A DNA stretch of 64,000 nt from NCBI RefSeq assembly GCF_006345805.1, contig NC_043014.1, forward strand, positions 31,992,001 through 32,056,000, given 5' to 3'. Both the position numbers and the translations under genes were made by a program. This document shows, one piece after another, positions 37,182-49,473 of the stretch. The notes under the pieces are model-generated. The model saw nothing but the letters and a program-made list of their open reading frames with translations, ran no database searches and was not told the DNA's origin. Source of the DNA: Octopus sinensis (Eukaryota). Positions within the stretch are counted from its first letter, which is position 1. Every line of letters begins with the position of its first letter.

Positions 37182-38130
37182 CCCTTTAGAATTTAAACAG
37201 ATGTACGTCCAGCCAAAATATTCTACCTATTTTATGTATAAACAGGCCAGATCTGGCATCTCGCACCTAACCTACAGTGTCATTCCAAAAATAAACAATC
37301 ACCTCATTGAGATCTCAAAGCTACAAGAAAATGCATGATTAATTCAAAACAATGTGGATAAATAATGATTACCATAAATCCTCAAGTATAATCTGCATTT
37401 TTTCCCCAAAATTTAAAGGTCAAAATTCCTAGTGCGTATTATACACGAGGTTAAAAATAAAAATTATCTTCTAAGCAATGTCCAAATCTCTATTTGCTGT
37501 CTGGCAATGTTTATTCAGACGTATTTTGTGATGTCGGGCGTGAAAATACCTTAAGCTAAGCCTGAAAGCAATGAAGTCATAAAAGAATCACCAAAAACTT
37601 GCAGTAAGCAACATTCATTAAACATTATTACTGTTATTTCTTTATTTTCTGCAAACAAAATGCACAAAAAAGCTACACGTTTGCATTATGTAATATATAC
37701 AATAATAATAAAGGATGTTACCGTATACATTTTTACAAGCCAAGGACGTTATATAGACCTCCTTGACTCAAGTTAGAGAAGGGGTATGTATAATACACAA
37801 GGTTTAGGTTTTTCAGAGGTACAGTCCCCTAAAGATCCCCTGCGTATTATACTCAAGGGCAGACTATACTTGAGGATTTACGGTACATTTGATAGATTAA
37901 TCTGAATGCTGAAGGATTAAAAATAGGATAATAATGTAGTCTGAATATACCAAAAAGATAATCACAGATGGAAAGCCTTTGACCATAAGTCTGCTAGATC
38001 AGGGCTGATCTGGGTCTAAACAGAAAAAACAACATAACCCTCCAATTCCTTAACCCTTTAGCATCTAAACTGGCCATATCTGACCCAAATATTCTACCTG
38101 TTTTATATTCAACTGGCTGTATCTGCCCCA
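37182..38130. mobile_element. piggyBac-like MITE-spacer-MITE composite (copy of the 14.5-15.0 kb unit)
   Basis: TTAA|CCCTTTAG start; shares tgctgaaggattaaaaataggata and the spacer with 14749-14900. Confidence 0.75.
37372..37883. mobile_element. Tc1/mariner-superfamily (pogo/Tc2-like) MITE nested in the piggyBac-like MITE
   Basis: TIR CC(A/G)TAAATCCTCAAGTATA(A/G)TCTGC (23/25 identical); TA on both flanks. Confidence 0.85.
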
Positions 38131-38305
38131 AGTTTTCCACAAAATCAAAAACAAACAATGCACATGCATGAAATCACCTTGTATGTATATGCATTATATA
38201 TATATATATATGTGTAAATATATATGTATATATATTATATATTATATATATATATTATATATATATATATATATAATATTATATATATATATATATATAT
38301 ATAAG

Positions 38306-38336
<31 letters not shown>

Positions 38337-38340
38337 TATA

Positions 38341-38573
38341 CGGAGTAAACACATAAATATATAAATGTGAAACAAGGTGGAAAAAAAGAGTACTCAAATA
38401 CCAGTGGTAGAGTAATATGCTTTATTTAAAGCAGCAGAAAATTCAAAAACCTGTTACTCTGAGTTTCGTGTTGCCGTTCATCGGACAGTTTTCTAGCAGA
38501 AACTGTCCGATGAACGGCAACACGAAACTCAGAGTAACAGGTTTTGTTGAATTTTCTGCTGCTTTAAATAAAG
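38341..38573 (-). mobile_element. Family H6 short element with ~72-bp hairpin; HHR motif in both arms (U4C variant)
   Basis: Arms 38420-38491 and 38500-38573; CTGT-CCGATGA-ACGGCAACAC-GAAA-CTCAGAG-TA-ACAG at 38503-38540. Confidence 0.8.
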
Positions 38574-38785
38574 TATATATATATATATTATATATATTAT
38601 ATATAGAAAACACACACACAACATATATACATACATACACACACACACATATATATATATATATATGTATAAATGGCGGTGCCCCAGCATGGCCACAGCT
38701 CATGAGCTGAAACTAGAATCAATCAATCAATCAATATATATATATACACACACATATATATATGCATGCATGTAAGTATGTATGT

Positions 38786-38863
<78 letters not shown>

Positions 38864-38995
38864 CAATAGACAGACAGACAGATATATAGATAAAGAAAGA
38901 GAGAGAGAGAGAAAGAGGGAGAGAAATAGATAGACTAAGAGACAGAAAATTGACTGTAGCTACACAATACATGGCAGCTGAATTGGTGCCATAAC

Positions 38996-39167
38996 CTCCT
39001 TCAGTATCATTGGGTGAGCTTCTACATGCAAAGCTCCATCACAGGTAAATGAAAGCCTCAATACATTTGCAATTAGACTCAAGTTGCCAGGCACTGCTGG
39101 AAGTGGGATACTGTCGGAAGTACCAACATCATCATGATATCCAGCTGACAGCCGTCGAAGAGAATAT
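38996..39167 (-). CDS. Candidate internal coding exon of unknown gene (YSLRRLSAGYHDDVGTSDSIPLPAVPGNLSLIANVLRLSFTCDGALHVEAHPMILKE)
   Basis: tttactctcag| 172 nt GAG|gttatg; GC-richer unique sequence with an open, protein-like frame; no family recognised. Confidence 0.45.
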
Positions 39168-39364
39168 CTGAGAGTAAAGTATCTATCATCTACTTTATAA
39201 TTATAATTTGTGTGTGTGTGTGTGTGTGTGTGCTTGTTTGTGTGTGTTTGTGGGTGTGAACTTGAGGGTGTGCGTGTAAATATATGATATATGATATACA
39301 TATATACACCCATAATATATATGCATACTGAGATTGAGAGACAGAGAGAAAAATAATTATCTAC

Positions 39365-39431
<67 letters not shown>

Positions 39432-39550
39432 CCTCCCCCCTCTCTCTCTATATATATATATTGATACAAATGAAAGAATGAAAAAGAATGAAAGAGACCT
39501 CGATATTATGTAAATAGAGTAATTTATCTGTAAATATAATATTTGACAGT

Positions 39551-39750
39551 CATTCGGTAGCCATGATAAAGCTCTGAGTTTCGGATGCTGGGGCAGAAAC
39601 CCATGCCGGCATCTCTTCAGTTATCGGGCCATCGAAAAAAATGCTGTGAAAATGACCGTTAAAACAAAGGGAAATTACTGTGTGATTGACTGTTATGAAG
39701 ACGAAAGAGCTATTAGAATGACTGATAAGTAAGGGGAAGGAGTAAAAATG

Positions 39751-39782
<32 letters not shown>

Positions 39783-39852
39783 TAACTGTATATGCCAGCG
39801 TGGGTTTCTGCTCCGACATCTGAAACTCGGCGTTTTATCATGGCTACTGAAT
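39551..39852. mobile_element. Family H3 inverted pair with HHR motifs (39565-39625 minus; 39782-39840 plus, degenerate)
   Basis: Minus strand: GATAA-CTGAAGA-GATGC..GCATC-C-GAAA-CTCAGAG-CT-TTATC; related to 6712-6774. Confidence 0.75.
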
Positions 39853-39869
39853 AAGTGTCACATGTGACC

Positions 39870-40070
39870 GCGTGTGTACCATTGGCAATTTTTTCCCTCC
39901 GTCTTGCCTTCTCTGGATTTTTCCTTTTCCTATGTTTCTGACGAAGAGCTCTGCTTAAAGCGTAAAACCCTCCTTCTTCCCTTTATTCCTGAGCGTCCTA
40001 TAATACTATATTTGTTCCACGTCCTCACGTTGTTGTGTTTTCTCTTTGTGTTTTCATGTTTGGATTAACT
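39870..40070 (+). mobile_element. H4-related element with degenerate HHR at 39934-39968
   Basis: GTTT-CTGACGA-A-GAGC-TCT-GCTT-AAAG-CG-TA-AAAC; downstream tcctgagcg..taata as in 7322-7340. Confidence 0.6.
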
Positions 40071-40254
40071 ATATATATATATATATATGAGTATGTGTGT
40101 GTCTAAACACACACACGCTCACACACACACACACACACTCACACACACACACACATACATATATTATCTTTTATTTTTTACTTATTACAGTCATTAGACT
40201 GTTAGACTGTGACAATGCTGGGAGGCACATAACCTTCATTAATAAATAGGTTAT

Positions 40255-40520
40255 GTGTCTTGTGGCACCAGCACCCAAGCTGGTACCTTGTAAGAAACAT
40301 CCAAGCTGGTTCCAGGCAAAAAGCATCTGTACCAGTGTCCCATAAAAGACACCCAGTACACTCTCTAAAGTGGTTGGCACTAGGAAGGGCATCCAGCCAC
40401 AGAAACCATACCAAAACAGACAATTGGAGCCTGGTGCAGTTCTGTGACTTAGCAGCTCTTGTCAAATCCTCCAACACTTGCAAGCATGGAAAACAGACGT
40501 TAAATGATGATGATGATAAT
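40255..40520 (+). mobile_element. Retroposon 3' end with (GAT)n tail
   Basis: Same tail as 19125-19283. Confidence 0.75.
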
Positions 40521-40522
40521 GC

Positions 40523-40554
<32 letters not shown>

Positions 40555-40831
40555 TATATAATATATACATATATTTATATATACATATATATATATATTT
40601 AGAGAGAGAGAGAGAGAGAGAGGGAGAGATAGTTAGATACATAGACAAGCAGATAGCTATATGTATATATGTATAACTATATTTTTATTTTGGGTTTTAG
40701 ATTGCATCTGGCAACCTTTGGTTTTTATATAATTATCATATTACCATTTTGCTGAATCAGTCATTGACTCATATGGTAAATATTATATACTGACAGGTAG
40801 AATTTAGCTTAACCATCAGTGATGGAGTGGT

Positions 40832-40881
40832 CACTACTGATGAGCTCTGATTCCAAGTGAAACTAGCATGCTAGTATAGGG
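40832..40881 (+). ncRNA. Type I HHR motif (family H7)
   Basis: CACTA-CTGATGA-GCT-CTGATTCCA-AGT-GAAA-CTAGCATGCTAG-TA-TAGGG; 14-nt palindrome ACTAGCATGCTAGT; GUA triplet. Confidence 0.8.
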
Positions 40882-41237
40882 ACCTCACTTGCTGTGAGTA
40901 CATAGTTATCTCTCCTGTCAGTACATAGACAATGTGCGTTTTGTGGCTATAAGGGTCTTTGACTCTTGTTTCTAGTGATGTAGGCTCTACCCTGCATCAT
41001 CAATTTCTATTAGTGACAGATGAAGTTTTCCTTTTTGGTTTTATATTATGACTAGCCACTTTTGTTATTTTATTTATATATTCACTTCATTATTACATAT
41101 ATATACACACACTCACTAACTAAACATAGACACACATAGAGGTATACGCAAGCGCAAATGAAGACACATACAATAGGAATACAAAATGGCTGACCGTTAG
41201 TAAGGAGAGACACACAAATAAGAAAGAAGAAAGCAAA

Positions 41238-41282
41238 GGACCACTGATGAGGTCACAGGAGTGTGACGAAAGAACTCTGGCC
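41238..41282 (+). ncRNA. Type I HHR motif (family H8)
   Basis: GGACCA-CTGATGA-G-GTCAC-AGGAGT-GTGAC-GAAA-GAAC-TC-TGGCC; CUC triplet. Confidence 0.7.
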
Positions 41283-41386
41283 GAAATAAGATTAAGATTA
41301 ATGTAAAAGATGAATAACGCTGAAGCAAAGTAACACGTGTGTTTTTATTGGCTAAACTGGCAAAATGAACATTTCTAAATACAACA

Positions 41387-41443
<57 letters not shown>

Positions 41444-41481
41444 TATATATTATATATATAATATATACATCTCTATATACA

Positions 41482-41522
<41 letters not shown>

Positions 41523-41535
41523 ATATGTATATGTT

Positions 41536-41569
<34 letters not shown>

Positions 41570-41780
41570 CTTTATTTTAAGCAGCAGAAAATTCAACAAA
41601 ATCTGTTACTCTGAGTTTCTCGTTGCCGTTCATCAAAAACTGTCTGATGAACGGCAACGAGAAACTCAGAGTAACAGATTTTGTTGAATTTTCTGCTGCT
41701 TAAAATAAAGCATATTACTCTACCACTGGTATTTGAGTACTCTTTTTTCCACCTTGTTTCACATTTATGTGTTTACTCCG
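41570..41780 (+). mobile_element. Family H6 short element with perfect 66-bp hairpin; HHR motif at 41640-41677
   Basis: Arms 41570-41635 and 41645-41710; CTGT-CTGATGA-ACGGCAACGA-GAAA-CTCAGAG-TA-ACAG. Confidence 0.8.
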
Positions 41781-42309
41781 GTATATATATATATTATATA
41801 TATATATATATATTTGTATATAACATGAATATAATAAATTAAATTTTAATGACTTCTCACGAGAAGACTGGATTTGTTGAATCTATTTATCAAGTTTAGT
41901 CAACGAATTGATTGGCTGTTACCCTAATGGAATCTCTCAATTTGATTATCTTTTCTTTTGATTATAATGAATCCATTTAGTGTGCAATGTTAATGGTTTT
42001 GATTAGTCACTAAGCCAATACCAACCCTACCATCCTTGAATGAACCAAATACTATATCTAGTTATCCTTCACATGAAAATTCCATATACTATCATGATCC
42101 CATTTTGTTACATATTGTCTAAATAATATCTCATGGAGAATTACTTGATGATGTGGTAATGTTATCTGAACACATTATTGTATAACTTTGTGTTATTGGA
42201 TTCCAAGTTGCATGACACAATATGTTAATAGTAACATGCTTTTGCAATTGAAGCACATGTTATATTAATATCCAAACAATGCAGTCATTTCATCTTCATT
42301 ACTATATAT

Positions 42310-43345
42310 ATAAAACCTAACTTTTAACATCATCTCCTTTGAAATAGTCCCCTCGCACAGCAATACACTGATCCCAGTGTTCCAGCCACTTTTGGAATCT
42401 GGCCTGGAAGTCACTTTCTGCAAACAAGTCAAGGATCTTGACAATAGTGTTAAAACAGCAACCTTTGAGCTGCTTCTTTATCTTGAGGAAGAGATGAAAG
42501 CCTGCAGGTGCTAAATCTGGCAAATCGAGTGGATGTGCAAGTGATACCATGTTGTTTTTAATGAGAAACTCATGAATGAGGAGAACTCGGGGACAGGGTG
42601 CATTGGCATTGTGAAGAATCCAGTTGTTTGTACTCTACAGATCCAGTTGCTTCAGCTGAATGTCCTCCTTCAAACACTTCAAAACGTCACAGTAGAACTC
42701 TCAGATCTGGCCCTGGGGAATGAATTCTCAATGCACAATACCAGATTTTGGGGGTGATGCTCATGGCAGATGTTTCAGATTGCTCATTGTCTTCCAGGGG
42801 TGGAGGCACGTGGCTTAGTGGTTAAAGGTGTTGAACTCATGATCGTTTGGTTGTGGTTTCGATTCCTGGAAGCGAAACACTTCATTTTCACGTTGCTCCA
42901 GTCCACTCAGCTGGTAAAAATGAGTAATCCTGCAACAGGCTGGCGTCCTATCCAGGTGGGGAATTTCTACGCCACTGAAACTGGGAAACCGGCACTTATG
43001 AGCCTGGCATGGCTCAAGAAGGATCATCGTTTTCCAAGGACATTCTTTCGAAGCACCCATGCTACTTGAAATATTGCATATGACCCCATTGCCTTATTGT
43101 CATAAGCTTGCCAAAGCATTCTCAATGTCTCTGGCTCTTAGTTCCAACTTCCTGTCCATGACTACTGCAATACACATGATCACAAAAACACAAATTTCAC
43201 AACTTGTGAAGTAAACACAATAATGTCACTCAGCACATTGTCTCATAAAGGTCACTGCTAGTTCTCATTGCCCTGCAACCATGTGCTGCCATTTGTTGGC
43301 CTGCTTCTGAACAAGTCCAAGAACCTTTTGACACTGAGTTTGTTT
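42310..43345 (-). pseudogene. Internally deleted mariner element interrupted by a SINE C copy (42803-43030, plus)
   Basis: VH*EFIPQGQ..WILHNANAP..KNNMVSLAHPLDLPDLAPAGFHLF..GDYFKGD; probable TIR-like end gtgtcaaaaggttcttggact near 43335. Confidence 0.75.
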
Positions 43346-43374
43346 CTAATTTGTACTGAATTTGTTTCCAAGTT

Positions 43375-43920
43375 GGTTCAGGTATATGATGTTAATAAGT
43401 CACAAAAATGGTGAAACATCGATGGGATTTGGGGCGAGTTGTTTCACCTGTCTATGACTTTCAGGTATTTTAACATCTGACACTTTGAAGGAGTTACTTC
43501 CACAGTGCTAACCGCAGCCTACTGGCAAACAAGCAAGTCTCATATCTTGAGTATGTGCACTTGATAATGTTTACAACACTACCATTGCTTATAATTCATA
43601 ATTGAATTTAATCCTACATATGCATCATCATGGCACACCATCAAATAGGTTTTACACTATTTATATATATATAGTCATAGAGTGGTGATTCAGTTTGCCT
43701 TCAATTCGGTTCTGGTACATGGTGTTGATAAACCACAAAAATGTCAAAACATCAATGTCCATTTGCACCTGAATGGGATTTGGGGCAAGTGGTCACCCTT
43801 GTCTATGACTTGCAGATAATTTAACATTCTAGTATCTAGTGCTTTGAGGGAGTCATCTCCACCATACAGACCTGTAGCATACCAGCTAACAAGCAAAATA
43901 CATACGTTGAGTATATGCAA
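43375..43920. repeat. Diverged local duplication (~190-210 bp x2)
   Basis: 43375-43560 vs 43705-43920 share cacaaaaatg..aaacatc..atgggatttggggc..gtctatgactt..aacaagcaa..tgagtat.tgca. Confidence 0.75.
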
Positions 43921-43963
43921 TCATTAACATATATATATATACAAACATACATACATACATATA

Positions 43964-44012
<49 letters not shown>

Positions 44013-44019
44013 ATACACC

Positions 44020-44054
<35 letters not shown>

Positions 44055-44219
44055 AGTTCAGCAAAAATTTAATTCAAATGAATATGGTACTAATTTAGAT
44101 GCACCAGAATTCTGTATGGTGTTATCCATATAAATCCATGGGGTGATTATATTCAAAAAAGCAACAAGAATGACTCGGTAATTGGTACAATCGTTTCGTA
44201 CTTCATCATTTGATGTAGT

Positions 44220-44276
44220 AGTATATATATATATATATATAATATATATATATATATGCATTGTATGTATACATAT

Positions 44277-44341
<65 letters not shown>

Positions 44342-44803
44342 GTATGTATACCATATATTGCATGTGTATCCATGCTTATATTGCAGATGGCAACCAGCAT
44401 GGTTTGTTGTGTCCCTTTGTGTCCCATAACTTTATGGATTGACAAATACATTTCAATAAAATAAATATCAATCTAGATTCAGTCCTGGGGTTGATATGCT
44501 ATGATGAACTAATAAGACTTGAAAGCAATGTCCAAGCATGGTTGCAATTCACAGATTGAAACCTGTAAAGGAATAAGACAATGGAACATGTACATACATG
44601 CATAGGTACATACATATATATACATTCATACATACATACATACATACATACATACATACATACATACATACATACATACATACATACATACATACATGAA
44701 TGCATGCATGCATACATACATACATACATATACATGTAAATGCATATGTATATATTTATATGTATATGTGTATATTTATATATTTCTAATACACACATAT
44801 ATA

Positions 44804-44845
<42 letters not shown>

Positions 44846-45120
44846 CACATATAGATAGATACATGTGCATGTATATATATATACATACATGTATATATAT
44901 ATATAGACATAAATATAAACGTGTGTGTGTGTGTATATATATATATATATTGATATATATTATATATATATGCACGTATTTGGGGTGTATACCAAATCTG
45001 TATTTATGTATGCATTTAAGTAAGTGTCTGCATATACATAAATGTGTATATGTAGGTGAGCCTGCACCGCTATCAAGAATTGTGTGCATGCATGCACACA
45101 CACACACACATTCTATTGCA
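44220..45120. repeat. (TA)n/(CATA)n/(CA)n blocks
   Basis: Direct inspection. Confidence 0.85.
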
Positions 45121-45959
45121 TCCCTACGTGTGCAGTTCATCGAAAGTCCACCATAACAATAGGTTTAAGCGTATGTGTATGGTGGGGTGTGGTAGGGCGC
45201 ATATTATGTTATGCAATGTGCAGTGTGTGTAGAGCACACATTGCGCAATGTGCAATGTGCAATGTGTGATGTGTGATGCAATACTATGGAAACAATCGCC
45301 ACAATCAAACCAATTCCTTAGAAGGTCTGAATAATGTATAAACTGTGTTTTATTTGATGTTTGCAGTGAGATGCATTTGCAACATCAGAGGTGCATATAA
45401 CATCAAACAATTGCATATGTTCACAGCAAATGCACTAACTTGCTGCTGATGTTGCCACAGCTGCTTCTGATGCTGCTTTGGTCCGTACATTAGTAAAAAT
45501 GTGAAGAATCTCACTCGTTGCCAAAATATTAAAAATATCAAAGACAGCAGGGGATTTTTTTTTTGTTTCTTTTTGCCTTTTTTGCCTCCTCAAAGTTATC
45601 AAGAACTGCACGATTTATTGTTTTTTTTTTAAATTTCTGTTTTTATTTTCTTTCTTGGTGTTGCATTGGTTTTATTTGCTTTGATCATCATCATCATCAT
45701 CGTTGCCGTTGACATCATTGTCCTCAGCATCTCCGTCACCACCATCGCCATCACCAGCAGCACCAGCAGCAGCAGTACAACCACTACCACTGTGACCAAC
45801 ACCATTGTTTCCCATCACCATCATCATTGATATTACCAGTCTTCATCATTATTAAATGCAAAAAAAAATACGATTGCTACCATCGTTGTCATTGTTATCA
45901 TCCACATTTTCATAATCATCATCATAATCATGATCATCCTCATTCCTCCATTATCATTC

Positions 45960-46430
45960 CCCACATCGTTCTAATAATTCATCATTATCCTCCTCTTCCT
46001 CTTCCTCCTCCTCCTCATCTTCTTCCTCATCTTCCTCCTCTTCCTCCTGCTATTCCTCATCTCCCTCCTCTTCTTCTTCCTCTTCCTCCTCCCCTTCCCC
46101 TCTTCCTCCTCCTGCTCTTCCTCTTGCTCCTCCCCTCCTCCTCTTCCTCCACCTCTTCCTCTTCCTCCCCTCTTCTTCTTCCTCTTCCTCTTCCACCTCC
46201 TCCTCCACCTCCACTTCCACTTCCACTTCTCTTCCTCCCCTCTTCTTCTCCCGCTTCCTCTTCCACCTCCTCCTCCACCTCCACTTCCACTTCTCTTCCC
46301 CCCCTCTTCTTCTCCCGCTTCCTCTTCCACCTCCTCCTCCACCTGCACTTCCACTTCTCTTCTTCTCTTCTTCCTTCTCCCCTTCCACCTCCTCTTCGTC
46401 CCTCCTCCTCCTCCTCCTCCTCTCCCTCTT
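45960..46430. repeat. Polypyrimidine (CTC/CTT) tract with internal tandem duplications
   Basis: Direct inspection. Confidence 0.9.
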
Positions 46431-47369
46431 TATGCTCGAATCCCTCAAAGTTTGTCATTTTCCTGGAAGTCCATTGTATACCAGGGTTGGTTGAATCACT
46501 TATATTATCTCTTGCTCTCTGTCCTTGCAAATATGGTGTGTTTTGTCAATACAAAACAGTATTGTTATTCCAGTGGGTGACTGAAATCAGTGAAACATAG
46601 GATAAATAGCAATTCACCCTTGCAATGTTTTGTTACGTGATTTTATATTCTGAGTTCAATACATGCTGAGTTCAACTTTGTTTTTTATCCATTTGAGCTT
46701 GATGAATAAGTACCAGCTGGCATAGCTGCTTGATTAAAAAGTTCACTTCAAAAACTCATCAATTCCTGGTTCAATCACACTGCACAGTACACAACAAAAA
46801 ATCAACTTTCTACTCAAAGAATATTGTGACCTAAATCTGACACACTTGTTTACTTCTATGCTTGGTCGAATCTCAAACAATAGCAAAATTTCCACACCAA
46901 ACCAAATAAGATTTACTGCCAATAACTTTTTATCAATGTGCTTGACTGAACCCAAAGCAAAAATAAAATTACCACATCAAACCAAATAAAATCTACTTAC
47001 AATAACTTTCTATCAACCCGTACCCTACAAACACAAACTTTTCTTCTATACTTCTCTATCCCTCTTCCTAAATAACACCTAATTATCTTCCACATAGCTG
47101 CACCTAAAAAAAACTACTTGACTATATAAAACTACATAAAGCCGAAAGGAACCAAAGTAAAACGCAATGTGAAAAAGAGAGCAAGTTGACACTTTGCAGC
47201 CACTGCCAACCTTCACCTTGATAAAGTTTGGTAAATATATACATGGATGTTTGTTTATATGTATGTCATATATATATATTATACACACACACACATGCAT
47301 GCATGCACCCCTCCCCCACACATTAAACCTCAAATGATTGAAATAGTAAAAGATAAAAGATAAAAGGTA

Positions 47370-47646
47370 TACATTCATACATACATCCACATACATACAT
47401 ACATGTATGCATACATGCATACATACATACATGCATAATGCATATATACATGCATGCATGCATATATGCACACATACATGCATACATATATGCATACATA
47501 CATACATGCATACATGCATGCATACATACATACATGCTTACATGCATACATACCTACATGCATACAAGCATACATACATACATGCATACATACATATATG
47601 CATACATATATACATGCATACATACATACATACATACATACATACA

Positions 47647-47678
<32 letters not shown>

Positions 47679-48180
47679 GAGTGAAATAGCCAACCACGGG
47701 ATTTCTGTTATGGTTTTAATTCTGTAGTTATAACTGTTTCCAATACAGTGTGGGAAATCCATTTCAGGGACAGATATATTAATACTGACCAGCCTTAGTT
47801 TTATTCTTGCTCTCTCTCTCTCTCTCTCTCACTAGTTCTCTCTATCCATTTATATTTATCTTTTCTGTATATCTTCTTCTTCTTCTTCTTCTTCTTCTCT
47901 TCTTCTTCTTCTTCTTCTTCTTCTTCTTCTTCTTCTCCTCCTCTTCCTCCTCCTCCTCCTCCTCCTCCTCCTCCTCCTCCTCCTTCTCTCTCTCTCTCTG
48001 TCTCTCTCTCTCTCTCTCTGTCTCTGTCTCTGTCCTCTGTCTCTGTCTCTCTGTCTCTGTGTCTTTGTCACTGTCTGTCTGTCTTTGTCTCTGTCTATCT
48101 GTCTTTGTCTCTGACTGTCTGTCTTTGTTTCTGTCTGTCTGTCTCTGTCTCTCTCCCCCTCCACATCTCTCTCTCTCTCC
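47370..48180. repeat. (CATA/CATG)n and (CTT)(CTC)(TC)(TCTG)n blocks
   Basis: Direct inspection. Confidence 0.9.
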
Positions 48181-48289
48181 TTCCTGACGAATATTTGAAA
48201 AGAATAAATTCAAGGCTCTCCCAACAGTTGACAGTATTGTTTTTGAGACTTTGCAGAAATGCACATGGGTATTTTAAAAATGTATATAT

Positions 48290-49240
48290 ATTTAATATTA
48301 TGCACAGTGCATTTGTTGTTATTATCTTCACCTGGTCATCACCATACATGTTTAATACCATCTGACCCAAACAAGTTGAATTTCGTCTAGGTACAAAAAA
48401 GAATTTTATTTTAAAACTCCTTTCCCCTTACTCACATGGATTTCGGCAAAAGAAAGATGACTTGATTTATGCCTTGCAGTGAGGAGAGGCTGCCTACAAG
48501 AAATGCATCAATAAAGACCACACTGGTTCAAACTTCAGCGAACTGTTTGGCTGCATATCCTCTTTCGACTAACAGAAGACATTTCTTAGGACAAAGATGA
48601 AGTGGTACAATGCCTGTAGTCCATCATGCAACATTGGATGTGACGAATATCATGAACAGTTAAAATAGAAGAAAAGACCCTGGATGATGTTTATTGCTCA
48701 AACGACGATGTTTATTGCTTACTTTGGCAACTGTGTTTACACTAATATGTATTCGTTTGCTAATTAACTTATATCCTAAACCATTCTTGTGGGAATTAGA
48801 AATAATTTTCTTAAAATCTTCAGACAATTCTTTTTCTTTTGGTGTCATTTTAATTACAACGAAGAAGGTTTTCACCATGATACATAAATCAGAATTCCTG
48901 CAGATGCAATAACGATGATGCATACTAAAATGCCAAGAGAAATAATTTATTGGAATTGAAATTACCAGCAATATCGGAATTTAGTAAAAAAAAATGTGGA
49001 TAAAATATTGAATATAGTAAATTTCCTTTAGGGTGTACATATTATTGTAACATTTGAAAATTAATATTTTGTTCATATCTTTGAAAATGTTTATTGGTTT
49101 GTGCTCCAGATTTGTATAATGTTTGCGTGTATAATATATTTTATTTAGTATAAATTTCGTTTGATTTCCTTTGATATTATCAGAGTAATAGCAATTTTAC
49201 TGAAATTTTTTAGGGTTGTACATACTTCTGTGAGATACTG
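48290..49240 (-). pseudogene. Tc1-like transposon, 3'-truncated and decayed
   Basis: TA|CAGTATCTCACAGAAGTATGTACA end at 49240; MTPKEKELSEDFKKIISNSHKNGLGYKLISKRIH (paired-like HTH); QPLLTARHK..TKFNLFGSDGIKHVW. Confidence 0.85.
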
Positions 49241-49473
49241 TATATTATGCATATATATATATGTGTGTGTGTATATATGTTACATATTTATTATATAATA
49301 CCTTGATACTGTGTGGACTAAGATCCCCATTAACAGATCACTGGTATTTATAGAGGGTTAAACACTTTCAGTGTGCAAATTAGGGACTCCTTCATAGAGT
49401 AACTGCTCCATTTGTTGAGTATATAAACAGTTTGGCTGTTTGTTTCTCCGGAGGCTGTCAGAATGATGTGGAT

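Noticed and set aside
44180-44215. Minus-strand ATGATGA-AGTAC-GAAA-CGATTG-TA
   Set aside because: No stem I pairing, no real stem II loop, and C3 is missing.
45440-45605. Minus-strand frame ..SPAVFDIFNILATSEILHIFTNVRTKAASEAAVATSAA with a GTTAGT donor
   Set aside because: The acceptor lacks a pyrimidine tract, the frame crosses an A10 run, it is not phase-compatible with the 39-kb exon, and no homology was recognised.
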